Origin: Octopus bimaculoides
Lineage: Eukaryota
Assembly (NCBI RefSeq): GCF_001194135.2
Contig: NC_068999.1
Coordinates: 287,700-351,699, forward strand
Reading direction: 5' to 3'
DNA: 64,000 nucleotides
Shown one piece after another: positions 1 to 11,191 of this stretch. The notes below the pieces were generated by a model, which saw only the letters and a list, made by a program, of their open reading frames with translations, made no database searches and had not been told where the DNA came from. A program made the translations under genes and the position numbers. Every line of letters begins with the position of its first letter. Positions within the stretch are counted from its first letter, which is position 1.

Positions 1-36
1 ATATATATAATCCGGTATATAGATAGATACATTGAT

Positions 37-37
37 T

Positions 38-116
<79 letters not shown>

Positions 117-232
117 AGATAGAGAGAGAGAGAAAGAGAGAGAGAGAAAGAGAGAGAGAAAAAGAGAGAGAAAGAGAGAGAGAAAAAGAGAGAATAAAGA
201 GAGAGAGAAAAAGAGAGAATAAAGAGAGAGTG
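37..232. repeat. Degenerate (AG)n polypurine microsatellite
   Basis: GAGAGA runs interrupted by AAA. This tract explains the ER-repeat ORF at 32..283. Confidence 0.95.
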
Positions 233-786
233 AAAGAGGGGGAGAAACGGAGGAAGAAAGGCTGGTATGATAAGGAAACGTAGCTGCCAGGAGATGAATC
301 TAATAATATTTCACTATGGAAAGACTAAGATAAGCATTAATGCTGCTTTCTGAAACATTACCAAATTCACAAGGTTGGGTCAATAGGTCACTGGCTATCT
401 GATAAGGTCACCGAGATGAGGTCACCACGTGTTTGGCTTTATTTCTTTTGTGATTTTTAAAAAATGTTTTTGTTTTTGGTATTTGAATATAGGTTGTAGA
501 CTTCTTACAGACATACACACGTATATAAATGCACATACAGGCATGCGATTGGACAAATGTAGACAGCAGGAGCGAGTGTGTGCGTGTGCCTGTGTGTGCG
601 TATATGCGTGTGCGTTTGTGTGTGAGTATCTGCACACGCAGAGAAAATGTGATGCGTGGCGGAGTGTTTTTGGCACTTCAGTTATTCTGACCGTGATTTT
701 CTACATGTATGTATGCATGAATGTGTATGTATGTGTGTGTGTGTATGTGTGTGTATGTATGTATGTATGCATACAAATTGTATGAG

Positions 787-817
<31 letters not shown>

Positions 818-1083
818 AATATAAAATACACAAATGTATCCGTGTATAGAAGTGCGTGTGTGAGCTTTGCTGTGTATGTATGTGTTGTATGTAATGATTA
901 ACGTATTTCTATTTCAAAAGATTTGAGAGTGTGCATTATTCACTTTCATTTCAAGATTTTTTGGCCAGGAATGAAAGAACCGGGTTCCAACCTAGATCCA
1001 AGGGGGGCTTCATTGAAATTTCAGCATCCCGTATAAAAAAAAACAATTTTACATTAATGTGATGGGTCAATCTAATGTGCCGT

Positions 1084-1124
1084 AGTCCGACGATGGGTTA
1101 GCTGGCCGAAACTTCGAAGTCACT
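1084..1124 (+). ncRNA. Minimal type I hammerhead ribozyme candidate (PLE-type, variant core CCGACGA)
   Basis: Reads AGT-CCGACGA-TG-GGTT(AGCT)GGCC-GAAA-CTTCGAAGT-C-ACT. Stem I is AGT/ACT, stem III is the palindrome ACTTCGAAGT, and the cleavage triplet is GUC (1119-1121). Confidence 0.6.
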
Positions 1125-1150
1125 TTCAACAACATTTTCGCATAAGAATA

Positions 1151-1203
<53 letters not shown>

Positions 1204-1455
1204 CATACACATATATATGGTTATTAAGTGATGCAGACATGCATAAATAGCTCGCCCCCGTATCTCTCTCTATTTACTTATCTGTGTCTTGTTATGTATG
1301 TCTCTCATGTCTCATGTATCGTCTACACTTCTACATTCCTGCTTATATAGCTTTCAACATTCACTATGCATACGGACATGCTTCTCCTTTGTATATTTTA
1401 CAACAACCACAAACTCACCTATACTCACCCACTCACACATTCCTATCTACATCTA

Positions 1456-1504
<49 letters not shown>

Positions 1505-1574
1505 CACATTGAGATATCGATACCATTCTATATTATTAATGCTGCTCATTAGGGTGAGTTTAGATTTATTTATT

Positions 1575-2200
1575 NNNNNNNNNNNNNNNNNNNNNNNNNN
1601 NNNNNNNNNNNNNNNNNNNNNNNNNNNNNNNNNNNNNNNNNNNNNNNNNNNNNNNNNNNNNNNNNNNNNNNNNNNNNNNNNNNNNNNNNNNNNNNNNNNN
1701 NNNNNNNNNNNNNNNNNNNNNNNNNNNNNNNNNNNNNNNNNNNNNNNNNNNNNNNNNNNNNNNNNNNNNNNNNNNNNNNNNNNNNNNNNNNNNNNNNNNN
1801 NNNNNNNNNNNNNNNNNNNNNNNNNNNNNNNNNNNNNNNNNNNNNNNNNNNNNNNNNNNNNNNNNNNNNNNNNNNNNNNNNNNNNNNNNNNNNNNNNNNN
1901 NNNNNNNNNNNNNNNNNNNNNNNNNNNNNNNNNNNNNNNNNNNNNNNNNNNNNNNNNNNNNNNNNNNNNNNNNNNNNNNNNNNNNNNNNNNNNNNNNNNN
2001 NNNNNNNNNNNNNNNNNNNNNNNNNNNNNNNNNNNNNNNNNNNNNNNNNNNNNNNNNNNNNNNNNNNNNNNNNNNNNNNNNNNNNNNNNNNNNNNNNNNN
2101 NNNNNNNNNNNNNNNNNNNNNNNNNNNNNNNNNNNNNNNNNNNNNNNNNNNNNNNNNNNNNNNNNNNNNNNNNNNNNNNNNNNNNNNNNNNNNNNNNNNN
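1575..2200. other. Assembly gap (others at 7938-8489, 12659-12779, 22120-22129, 23066-23822, 35772-35781, 38536-38666, 45989-45998, 58348-58944, 59931-60735)
   Basis: Runs of N, mostly flanked by microsatellites. Confidence 0.99.
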
Positions 2201-2551
2201 ACACGATAAGCGTCCAAATATATAATCATCTAAATTTCGTTTGTGTGCGTTTTTTTTTTTAATATTTAATCAAAGAGTATCTCCCTCCGCTTAGACGAGT
2301 TAGATTTGCAAGGTCGCTTGTAGAGCTAATCTACCGTGTTGACCTTGGGATAATTGTATTAATTCAATGTCAGGTTGAATATCCATGACATCTTCCAACA
2401 GGCAAAACTGTGGCGAGTTGCAGCTAAATTAGAAATCTGTATGCATACATACGTACGTGTGAGTGTTATTATGTATGAAGATGTATATAAATGCAGATGT
2501 GTGTGTATCGACCCTCGTGTCACCCTGTAACTTCCACCAATTTTGAATTCT

Positions 2552-2590
<39 letters not shown>

Positions 2591-3369
2591 TGTATGTATA
2601 AATACACAAACATGTAGTGACACACATGCATTGATGTGTTAGTGCCTGTATGTGTATGTGTGTCTTTAACATGTAGAAACATTGTGGACGGAAGTGCATA
2701 TTCTCCGTGGTTACACATCGAACTACATTGAATCACATAACATTATTGACGGCATATCTGAAGTTATTGATTTCCGATTAGAAATATTATTAATGATTAT
2801 TACTGTCGCAGAGATGAAAGCCAGGTCATCGCTGCTGCTGCTGCTGCTGCTGCTGCTATAAAACTGCTGCTGCTTCTGTCTCTGCTGGCGTTACAGAAGT
2901 TGCTTTTGTTTACAATCTTCTACGTTCACCTGCAATGAACTGATTTATGCTGACATGCGTTCGAAGCTGTGGACTTTCATTTATTTTAGCAAAATGTATC
3001 TAGGAATCTAAGAGTGGTTTGTGGATGTGTAAGAGCAATTTTGTTGTTGCCACGAAGAATAAAGAATTTGATGTTTTCATTCCTTATTTGGATGAGGAAG
3101 AAAAGTTAATGAAGACACACAGACATATGTCAATGTTTGATTGGATGTATATACGTATGTATTCATGCAGGTATGTGTTCGTTTGTATGATATATCTGTG
3201 AACACGCGTGTTTGTGTGTGCTTGCTTCTTATCGACACACACACACACACATATATATATACATGCACAAACACATACACATAATATCTCTATGCACAGG
3301 TAGAGACTTCTTTCAATTAATATAAAATATATTATTTTAACTCCTTTTTCAACCCGTGTTTTCATTTAG

Positions 3370-3461
3370 CATTAATAAGCTCGGCCACTGAAGAACGGTG
3401 TGCGGAGGGCTGAAAAAAAGGCTGTACATTGCTACCGGAAAAACGGAGGATGACGTGCCAG
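3370..3461 (+). other. Candidate spliced exon (92 nt), probably non-coding or 5'UTR
   Basis: Acceptor ccgtgttttcatttAG, donor CAG|GTGACT, and GC-richer than its flanks. All three frames contain a stop. An ATG near the end reads M-T-C-Q into the donor. Confidence 0.3.
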
Positions 3462-3773
3462 GTGACTGATACAGCAAGGCTGTATTCTCCAGACAAAGAA
3501 AATAGTTTCCCATTTAAAGCCAAAAAAATCACGTACGCAATTATACATCGCAATTATTGATTGTTAGAAGTCGTTGGTTGATCGTCAGGAACGCTACTTA
3601 GTCATGTGGTAAAATATGTGTAGTGTACTTGACATGTTCACTACATTCTAACCAGGCAGGATTTCTCTCGTGTGTTAAGCAAGTTCTCTGGTAACGAAGC
3701 ATATGTAAATTAGATGTGCACGTCCGTGTGTGCACACACGAATATACAGGCACACTAACAAACATACTCACGT

Positions 3774-3824
<51 letters not shown>

Positions 3825-3974
3825 TTGAGGAGGGTATTGGATTATACCAAACCCAAGAGGATACAGGTAATACCGAGTAAGTGCTGTATACCGACTAGTT
3901 TGCCCCAGTCATTGTATGAACAGGATTGGGGATTATAAGTCGTATATTAGCGTGTGTGTATGTAAATATATAAA

Positions 3975-4067
3975 AAATAAAAGGATAAAGAGAGCAAAGG
4001 TGAGGTTGGAAAAGTATTTTATGGATAAATACTTTTCCAACCTTATCTTTGCTCTCTTTATCCTTTT

Positions 4068-4071
<4 letters not shown>
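3975..4071. repeat. 45-bp inverted repeat with 7-nt spacer (MITE-like or hairpin)
   Basis: Arms 3975-4019 and 4027-4071 are complementary at 42/45 positions, and the 3 differences are G.T pairs on the + strand. It is flanked by TA repeats. Confidence 0.9.
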
Positions 4072-4112
<41 letters not shown>

Positions 4113-4115
<3 letters not shown>

Positions 4116-4240
4116 TAGCACATGTGCAGTTGTGTGCTAATACATTGACTTCAAAACATCGTAGTTTCGGGTTCAATCCTAACGCGTCACACGTTAGGAT
4201 TGTCAGATACGTGTTCTCTACAATAACCATTTGAGTGGAT
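4113..4240 (+). mobile_element. Degenerate 5' part of tRNA-derived SINE (family B)
   Basis: tRNA-like head with B-box GGGTTCAATCC. Similar to the heads of the copies at 13958-14121 and 43015. Confidence 0.5.
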
Positions 4241-4329
4241 ATGGACGACGAAAAGTAGTTAAAGTAACGACTCAAATACACATTCACTCACTAACACACA
4301 CACATTCGCGCGCGCGCGTAGGTATGTGT

Positions 4330-4570
4330 GAGGGCGTGTGGCCTAGTGCTTAGCGTGTTGAACTCACGATCGCAAGATCGTGGGTTCGTTACCTGGACCA
4401 GTTGCTGCATTGTGCTCTGGAGCAAAAATACTTCATCTCACGTTGTTCTGCTATCACTTCAACTCCTGTCGCGTGGCACACCGTGGCACCTGTTCAAGCA
4501 ACGTCGATCTGATGGAGGGTCATGGGAGGTGATGGACGGCACATATATTTCATCATTATAAACAAATCAT
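4330..4570 (+). mobile_element. tRNA-derived SINE (family D, CORE/Meta-like centre)
   Basis: A-box TGGCCTAGTGCTTAG, B-box GGGTTCGTTACC, followed by the TGTGCTCTGGAGCAAAA motif shared with the copies at 53835 and 61765. Confidence 0.75.
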
Positions 4571-5374
4571 GAAGATACATTGGTGGAAACTTTAAGGAAG
4601 CCTCTCAGATTGTACCTGTAATTCGAACTTCTAGCCTTCTCACACACTACGCTTGATTCTGATTCTGGTTCGTGGATTATATTAAAGGTGTAAGTGTCTG
4701 GAATACGCAGCCACTTATTCCCTCGTTCAATAACTAGTCTTTTCAGTTTGTTGAATAATTGAACAGTCATCGTCGAAAACGATGTAAATCCATTTACTTT
4801 CACACACACTCAAACATACTCCCACACATACATGCGTATACATAAATGCATACATATATGTATAAATGTATGTACATGTATGCATGTATATATATGCACG
4901 TGTGTGCATCCATATATGTCTGTGTATAAACACGCACATACTCATAGATGTGTGTGACGACTTCATATGGATATGTATGTGTGCGCATGCGTGCGTTTGA
5001 GAGTCTGAGTAATAAAATGTTCGTAAACTTGTTAAACAGAGTCCGACCAGGAGACCAGCCACCTGACCAGCCAGCCACTTAATCATCGCTGAAGTCGTAA
5101 ACTCCATTTAACTTAATTTTAATGCAAGGAAAATGGCTAATAACAGTTCGTTGGACAGCAATTCGTTTGGTCGTCATTGACATTGTCGACTAATTGCTAA
5201 TATATACTGTCTTGGTGTTTTTGTTGGGGTTTATAATGGAAGAGGTACCGGAGAGGGAGACAGAGTGATGGAGGGGGGGAAAAAGAAGGAGAGAGACAAA
5301 GTGAGACGGAGAGTGATAAAGTGAAAAAGAGAGAATGTGAAAGATAAGTAAAGAGAGCGTAAGAGGGAAGAGAC

Positions 5375-5405
<31 letters not shown>

Positions 5406-5580
5406 GAGGTGAGAGAGAAATAGAGAGAGGAAGAGTCAGGAAGCGTTAGAAATAAAGTGGAGATGAGAAGGTAAGAAAATAAGACTGATTCGAAACGAAG
5501 AATATAGAAAGGCAAGAGAGGTTGACTGAGAAATAAACGGCATCGTAAGTGTGTGTGCGCCTGTGTGTGTGTGTGTGAAT

Positions 5581-5611
<31 letters not shown>

Positions 5612-6669
5612 TAAAAGGGAGTGAATGTGGTGTGATATTGGAAGTAGAAATAAAAGACTGTGTGAGAGTGAAGCCTGTGATAATGTGTGATTGGGGAACA
5701 TATAGGAATAGGTAGAAAGATAGATAGGTAAGGGGATAGAAAGAGAGGAAATGGGATAATGAGAGAAGGACACAGTGGGAGAAAGAAAAATAGGGAGCGT
5801 ATATTAGGGGAGATAGGTATACAATGAAATAGAGAATGACAGAATTAAAAGAAAAGAAAAAGGGATAGATTACTACATCAAGTATATCTGTGTGTCTGGC
5901 TGTCTGTGTGTCTACCTATCTGTCTGTCTGTGTGTGTCTGCCTGCCTGTCTGTTTATGTGTGTCTGTTTATGTGTGTCTATCTGTCTGTCTACCTGTCTG
6001 TGTGTATGTGTCTCTTTCTCCATGTATATATGTGTGTGTATGTAATGGCTCACATGCACACACACATTTACACACATATAATGAAAAGAAGAGAGAGAGA
6101 GAGAGTGTGGGAAAGAGAGAGAGAGAATACTGTAACAACTTGAGAGGGAGAGAGAGAAAATGAGAGAGAAGGAGCGAGAGGGGGAGAAGGGGAGAGGGAG
6201 CGAACAACAAAAGAAGAAAAATATAAAGAAACATTGAAGAACAATATTAAAAGAATGTCTCTTTTTCTCTCTTTCCTTCTCTCTTTAGGATTTCACTGAT
6301 TAAATTATATATTGTGGGTGTTTTAGATTTTATTTTCTTTATTGGATCAATATATTTTATTTGATTTGCTTTCAGTTTGTCATGTTTAATTTGTTTTACC
6401 AATTTTTAATTTTTTTTTTGTGTGTTTTCGTAAGTGTTCATTATTGAAAATAAGTAATTTGTAATAAAATATGGCGACGAAGAGTGATTTCAGAGAATGT
6501 TTCGGACGAGGCCTTAGATTCCGAGTGAGAAGGTATATTAAAAGAAGCCAAAGATGTGTAGGTTATCGAATCGGTTCCTTTTGCATGATTGGTACATTTA
6601 TTTTAATATTTACAAGTCAGAAGTGATCAATGGTGAAGATGACCTTGGTCCTACCCAACGCAGTAATAA

Positions 6670-6812
6670 TTTTTTCTACGATAAGCACCAAAGAATGAAA
6701 TTTATGGGAAAGGGTGATAATCGATTCGGTATCCCAGTGATCGGCTGGTACTTTATTTTATCAACCCTGGAAAGAGTGAAAGATAAAATTAAACTAGTCG
6801 GAATTTGAACAC
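6670..6812 (-). mobile_element. Degenerate SINE (family A)
   Basis: CCCAGTG..CTGGTACTTTATTTTATC..GGAATTTGAAC motif chain, as in other family A copies. Confidence 0.6.
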
Positions 6813-6829
6813 AGATGATGCCAAGCATT

Positions 6830-7321
6830 TTGCACAGCGCGCAAACAATTCTTAAAGCACGCGACGTTAAAAATATGTTTCAAATTTCAAATAATCATAA
6901 TAACAATAACATTGATAATACTGGCAACACATGGAACAATCATCGATTCGAAACAGTACTGGAGTCAGAGAAATGTAAAATTTTGTAGGACTTTCCTATT
7001 CAAATGGACAAGAAGTTAGAAAATAATAGACCAAACATAACAATTATAGATAAGGGAAAGCGAAGTTAATTACTAATTGACCCATCATGCCTGTCTGATT
7101 CCAGGATCATAAAGAAAGAGGAAGAAAAACGAAAAAATACAATTCCTTAAAATAGGAAGAATTTGGAGCATGAGAACAGTAAAGGTCGTGCCTATAATAA
7201 TTGGTGCGTTGGGATCAGTAAGCCAAGATATAGAGAAACGGCTGAAGGAGGTTGAAACAGAATACCCGGCAGAGTTCCTACGGAAAGTTTATCTCTCTTA
7301 GGTACAGCAAGAATTATCCGG
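6830..7321 (+). mobile_element. Decayed 3' ORF fragment of an R4/Dong-clade non-LTR retrotransposon (restriction-like endonuclease domain)
   Basis: Translation across stops and frameshifts gives KIL*DFPIQMDKKLENNRPNITIIDK..LLIDPSC..DSRIIKKEEEK..RIWSMRTVKVVPIIIGALGSVS..LLGTARIIR. This matches the ILWDF..RPD..ID..EK..KY..W..PVVIGALG..LLGTARILR pattern of this clade. Confidence 0.85.
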
Positions 7322-7410
7322 ATAAGTCCTGGGGTCGATTTACTCGGCTAAAAAGGTGGTGCTCCAGCATGGCCGCAGTCAAAGGACTGAAACAAGTAAA
7401 AAGTAAAAGA
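7322..7410 (+). mobile_element. 3' tail of family B SINE fused to the LINE fragment
   Basis: ATAAGTCCTGGGGTCGATTTACTCGGCTAAA..GCTCCAGCATGGCCGCAGTCAAAGGACTGAAACAAGTAAAA. The same tail occurs at 43300-43378 and 51140-51200. Confidence 0.85.
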
Positions 7411-7897
7411 GTATATGCGTGTATGCATAACTTTACATATTCTATATTTTCATTTTGCGTGTGTATATTCATGTGTGCCTGACAGTAAGTACGTGAGTAC
7501 GTGGATGTATTGCGACAATACGTGCTTGTGTGTGTATATCTATGTGTGTGTGTGTTTAAGTATATGAATATTGTCCAAGATTGCATGCAAGTGTAGGTGT
7601 TTGTTACTGTGTGTGTATATGCACGCGTCCCTCCAAATGTGTGCGTGAGTGTGCCTGCATCGGGTTACGATATATGGGATTTTGAAGCCTGGCGGGAAAA
7701 TATATTTTAATACACCGGCTTTGTATCACACGATAATGGTGCTTAATAACAAAAGGAAATAACAAAACAAAACCAAACAAACAAAAAATAAGCAGCTACA
7801 ATATCTTTCACAGCAGAAATCAAAAATGGCGCATGATTGTGACAGTGGCTGTAGCGGAGAAGGTGTAGGGGTACGGTAGATATCTCTCTCTCTCTAT

Positions 7898-7937
<40 letters not shown>

Positions 7938-8949
7938 NNNNNNNNNNNNNNNNNNNNNNNNNNNNNNNNNNNNNNNNNNNNNNNNNNNNNNNNNNNNNNN
8001 NNNNNNNNNNNNNNNNNNNNNNNNNNNNNNNNNNNNNNNNNNNNNNNNNNNNNNNNNNNNNNNNNNNNNNNNNNNNNNNNNNNNNNNNNNNNNNNNNNNN
8101 NNNNNNNNNNNNNNNNNNNNNNNNNNNNNNNNNNNNNNNNNNNNNNNNNNNNNNNNNNNNNNNNNNNNNNNNNNNNNNNNNNNNNNNNNNNNNNNNNNNN
8201 NNNNNNNNNNNNNNNNNNNNNNNNNNNNNNNNNNNNNNNNNNNNNNNNNNNNNNNNNNNNNNNNNNNNNNNNNNNNNNNNNNNNNNNNNNNNNNNNNNNN
8301 NNNNNNNNNNNNNNNNNNNNNNNNNNNNNNNNNNNNNNNNNNNNNNNNNNNNNNNNNNNNNNNNNNNNNNNNNNNNNNNNNNNNNNNNNNNNNNNNNNNN
8401 NNNNNNNNNNNNNNNNNNNNNNNNNNNNNNNNNNNNNNNNNNNNNNNNNNNNNNNNNNNNNNNNNNNNNNNNNNNNNNNNNNNNNNNNNATATATATATT
8501 TATATATATATATTTGAATGTGTGTGTGTTAGCAAGTATCTATGCATGTACATGTATATCTATGCACGAGTGTGTAAAATAATAAACATCCGTCACACTT
8601 TAAGCACTTAGACAATCATCAGTTTAAACTCCTGTTCGTCGAAGTCTGCAGGCAACAAGCCATGGCGTACAAATTTTTTACTCTCGAATGTTTTATGGCT
8701 GAGCTTTCAAACGTTCGGGTTGTGTGTTTAATACCGTATCTCGAGACTCTCGGCTTAGAAGCATAGCAAGGATGTAGTGTAGTGTTATACGCAGTAGGGA
8801 AACGGTGTTGGTGCTGGTGGTAGTAGTAGTGGTGTTTGAGGAACAGTAGGGACATGGTAGCTTAGACATAGCAACAAAGTTGTGATTTAAACACTGTAGG
8901 AAAAAGTGGCGGGGGTGGGGGCCGTTTTTGTCGGTAGGTGTAAGGTAGA

Positions 8950-9420
8950 CACAGTACGAACATTCCTAGCGTAGAGGAAAAGGGGATTTTGTAGAATTGG
9001 TTGCAGAGGCGATCACCCGGACAGGCATCGGGGTGGACAGTGTTGTGGCGAATAACAAAGTATGAACTTGCATGGAAATCGATATAGCACGCCCCGGTGA
9101 CAAACGGATCAAAGAATATGAAGAAAAACTGAACAACTGACGATTTGAAGTGGGAAATCCGAAGTTTCTGGCCAATGAGGAAAGTAGACCTGATACCAAT
9201 AGTAATTGGCGCAGTTGGAAGTATCAGCACTCAACTACCGACATGGTTGGGAAAGATTGGTGCAAGTGTGAAGGTAGAACACTTACAAAAATCAGGATTA
9301 CTTGGAACTGCAAGAATTCTTTGGAAGCATGAGCAATAAACAACTGTCCCCTTAGTCTGCTGGGTGTGGACAACTGACACTTTCCAACAAACCCAGCAAA
9401 ATAAGCAGTGAGTTTTCATC

Positions 9421-9457
<37 letters not shown>
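8950..9457 (+). mobile_element. 3' end of a second R4/Dong-clade element with 3'UTR and (AAT)n tail
   Basis: Translation gives CMEIDIARPGDKRIKEYEEK..DLKWEIRSFWPMRKVDLIPIVIGAVGSIS..HLQKSGLLGTARILWK*. It is followed by an ~80-nt UTR with stem TGCTGGGT/ACCCAGCA, then (AAT)12. Confidence 0.85.
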
Positions 9458-9603
9458 CAAGGCCTCAAATTTAGGCGAAGGGAGTAAGTTGATTGCCTCG
9501 ACCTCAGTGCGTAACTGGTACTTATTTAATCGACCTCGAAACGAAAGGATGAAAGGCAAAGTCGACCTCGGCGGAATTTGAACTCAGAACGTAGCTCACC
9601 ACC
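9458..9603 (-). mobile_element. SINE (family A)
   Basis: TCGACCTCAGTGCGTAACTGGTACTTATTTAATCGAC..GGATGAAAGGCAAAGTCGACCTCGGCGGAATTTGAACTCAGAACGTAG. Confidence 0.9.
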
Positions 9604-9612
9604 TTAAATAAA

Positions 9613-9707
9613 TTTTTATTTCTTTATTGCCCACAGGGAGCTAAACATAGAGGGGACGAAGAAGGACAGACAAAGGGATTAAGTTGATTACATCGACCCC
9701 AGTGCGT
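9613..9707 (-). mobile_element. 3' half of a second SINE (family A, alternative tail)
   Basis: TTTCTTTATTGCCCACAGG..CTAAACATAGAGGGGAC..GGACAGACAAAGGGATTAAGTTGATTACATCGACCCCAGTGCGT, then truncated. Confidence 0.8.
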
Positions 9708-9841
9708 CTGCGATAAAAGACGCTATGGTCACGTGTGCAGCATGTTTGATCATAGCGTCTACACAAGATTTGCTGACCTGTGGCTAAAAAAACAACTAAA
9801 ACAACAAATACAACAAAATGTGGAGTGAGAGAGAAATTGGC

Positions 9842-9878
<37 letters not shown>

Positions 9879-10156
9879 TAGAGAGAGAGTAGGAGAAAGA
9901 GAGTGAGAATGAGGTTGAGAGCAAGCAGAACGCCTATCGATCTAACACTACATGAAAAGAACTGATTTCTTTTATGTGAAAGACAAAGGCCTCATTTATC
10001 TGAAACCTTCAATGCAATCGTAGACTGAATAAGTTTGCCATTAAATAAATTATGCCAACAAAATGATTTTGTGTTCACATTGGCAGAGATGGGCAATGGA
10101 TTTGAGGAATTATATATGAAGTTCTCGTCGAAGGTTCAGATGATAACGACGGACAC

Positions 10157-10198
<42 letters not shown>

Positions 10199-11156
10199 CT
10201 GTGTGTATGTATGTATGTATGTGTGGATGTGGGTATGCCTTCATGTTTGTATTACCTCCTCCCGCTTAACAACTGGCGTTGGTTTCATTACGGTCCTTAA
10301 TCTATTGGTAAAACGGCAAAAGTATCCGAGAGAGTATGAACCTTTAAAATATAAAAAGATGGAGAAAATATCGGCTCCGCCTTGATGCCGCCAGCGAGCC
10401 GTATGTCTGACACGTAAATCGTAAAGGTTCCATGTTCGGTTTGCTAATATTGAATCTATTGCTGTTCCTTAACGACTGGTCATTTCTGAGCAGGTAGAAC
10501 TATCATGAAAGTTGCTCAAACTGTGACATCTCCATCTACATTCAGGCATATGTCAGTCTACACTGTACAGTATTCTCTGCACTTTATTAAAGATAGAACT
10601 GGATGATTCGGACAGGGCAGCTATATTTACGAGAACAAACAGAGAGCCCTCGCTGGGCTCGTTGGATTCTGTAAAAAAGAGAATTAAGCTTAAAAACTAA
10701 ACACGAGAAATCTTAACAAACAGGAACAAGAATGATAATTTAAATCTGATATGGCCAGGTTTCGTCCCTTACAACAATAAAAAAAAAGAATTAAATATTC
10801 AAAAGCGATTGTCCATTTACTCACAGGAAATTCTTATGGAAAATATTAAGATTAATCTTGGAAAGCCAAAGAACATAAAAATAAACCATGAAGCACGAAA
10901 ATGTTTTAATGTTAATCACTGGTTCTTTAAAATTCTGAGATCTATGAGCAAGATCTCTATGTATGATCCTGTGTGTGTGTGTGTGCGAGTTTGGGTGCGT
11001 GTGCGCGTGTATGTGAGTGTGTGATATCAATAATATTACGATATAAGAGAAAGGTTTATTTTGAGGGCAGAAGACGTGATTGGAGCCAACAGATCACATA
11101 TTGTAGATTTGTATGAATTCACTATGTTATCTCTAATAATATCTATGCATATATGG

Positions 11157-11191
<35 letters not shown>

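Noticed and set aside
8600-8650. Minus-strand TCGACGA-ACAGGAGTT-TAAA-CTGATGA resembling the P2 hammerhead (also a 14-nt P2 stem III match at 47210)
   Set aside because: Too degenerate or partial to support a structure.
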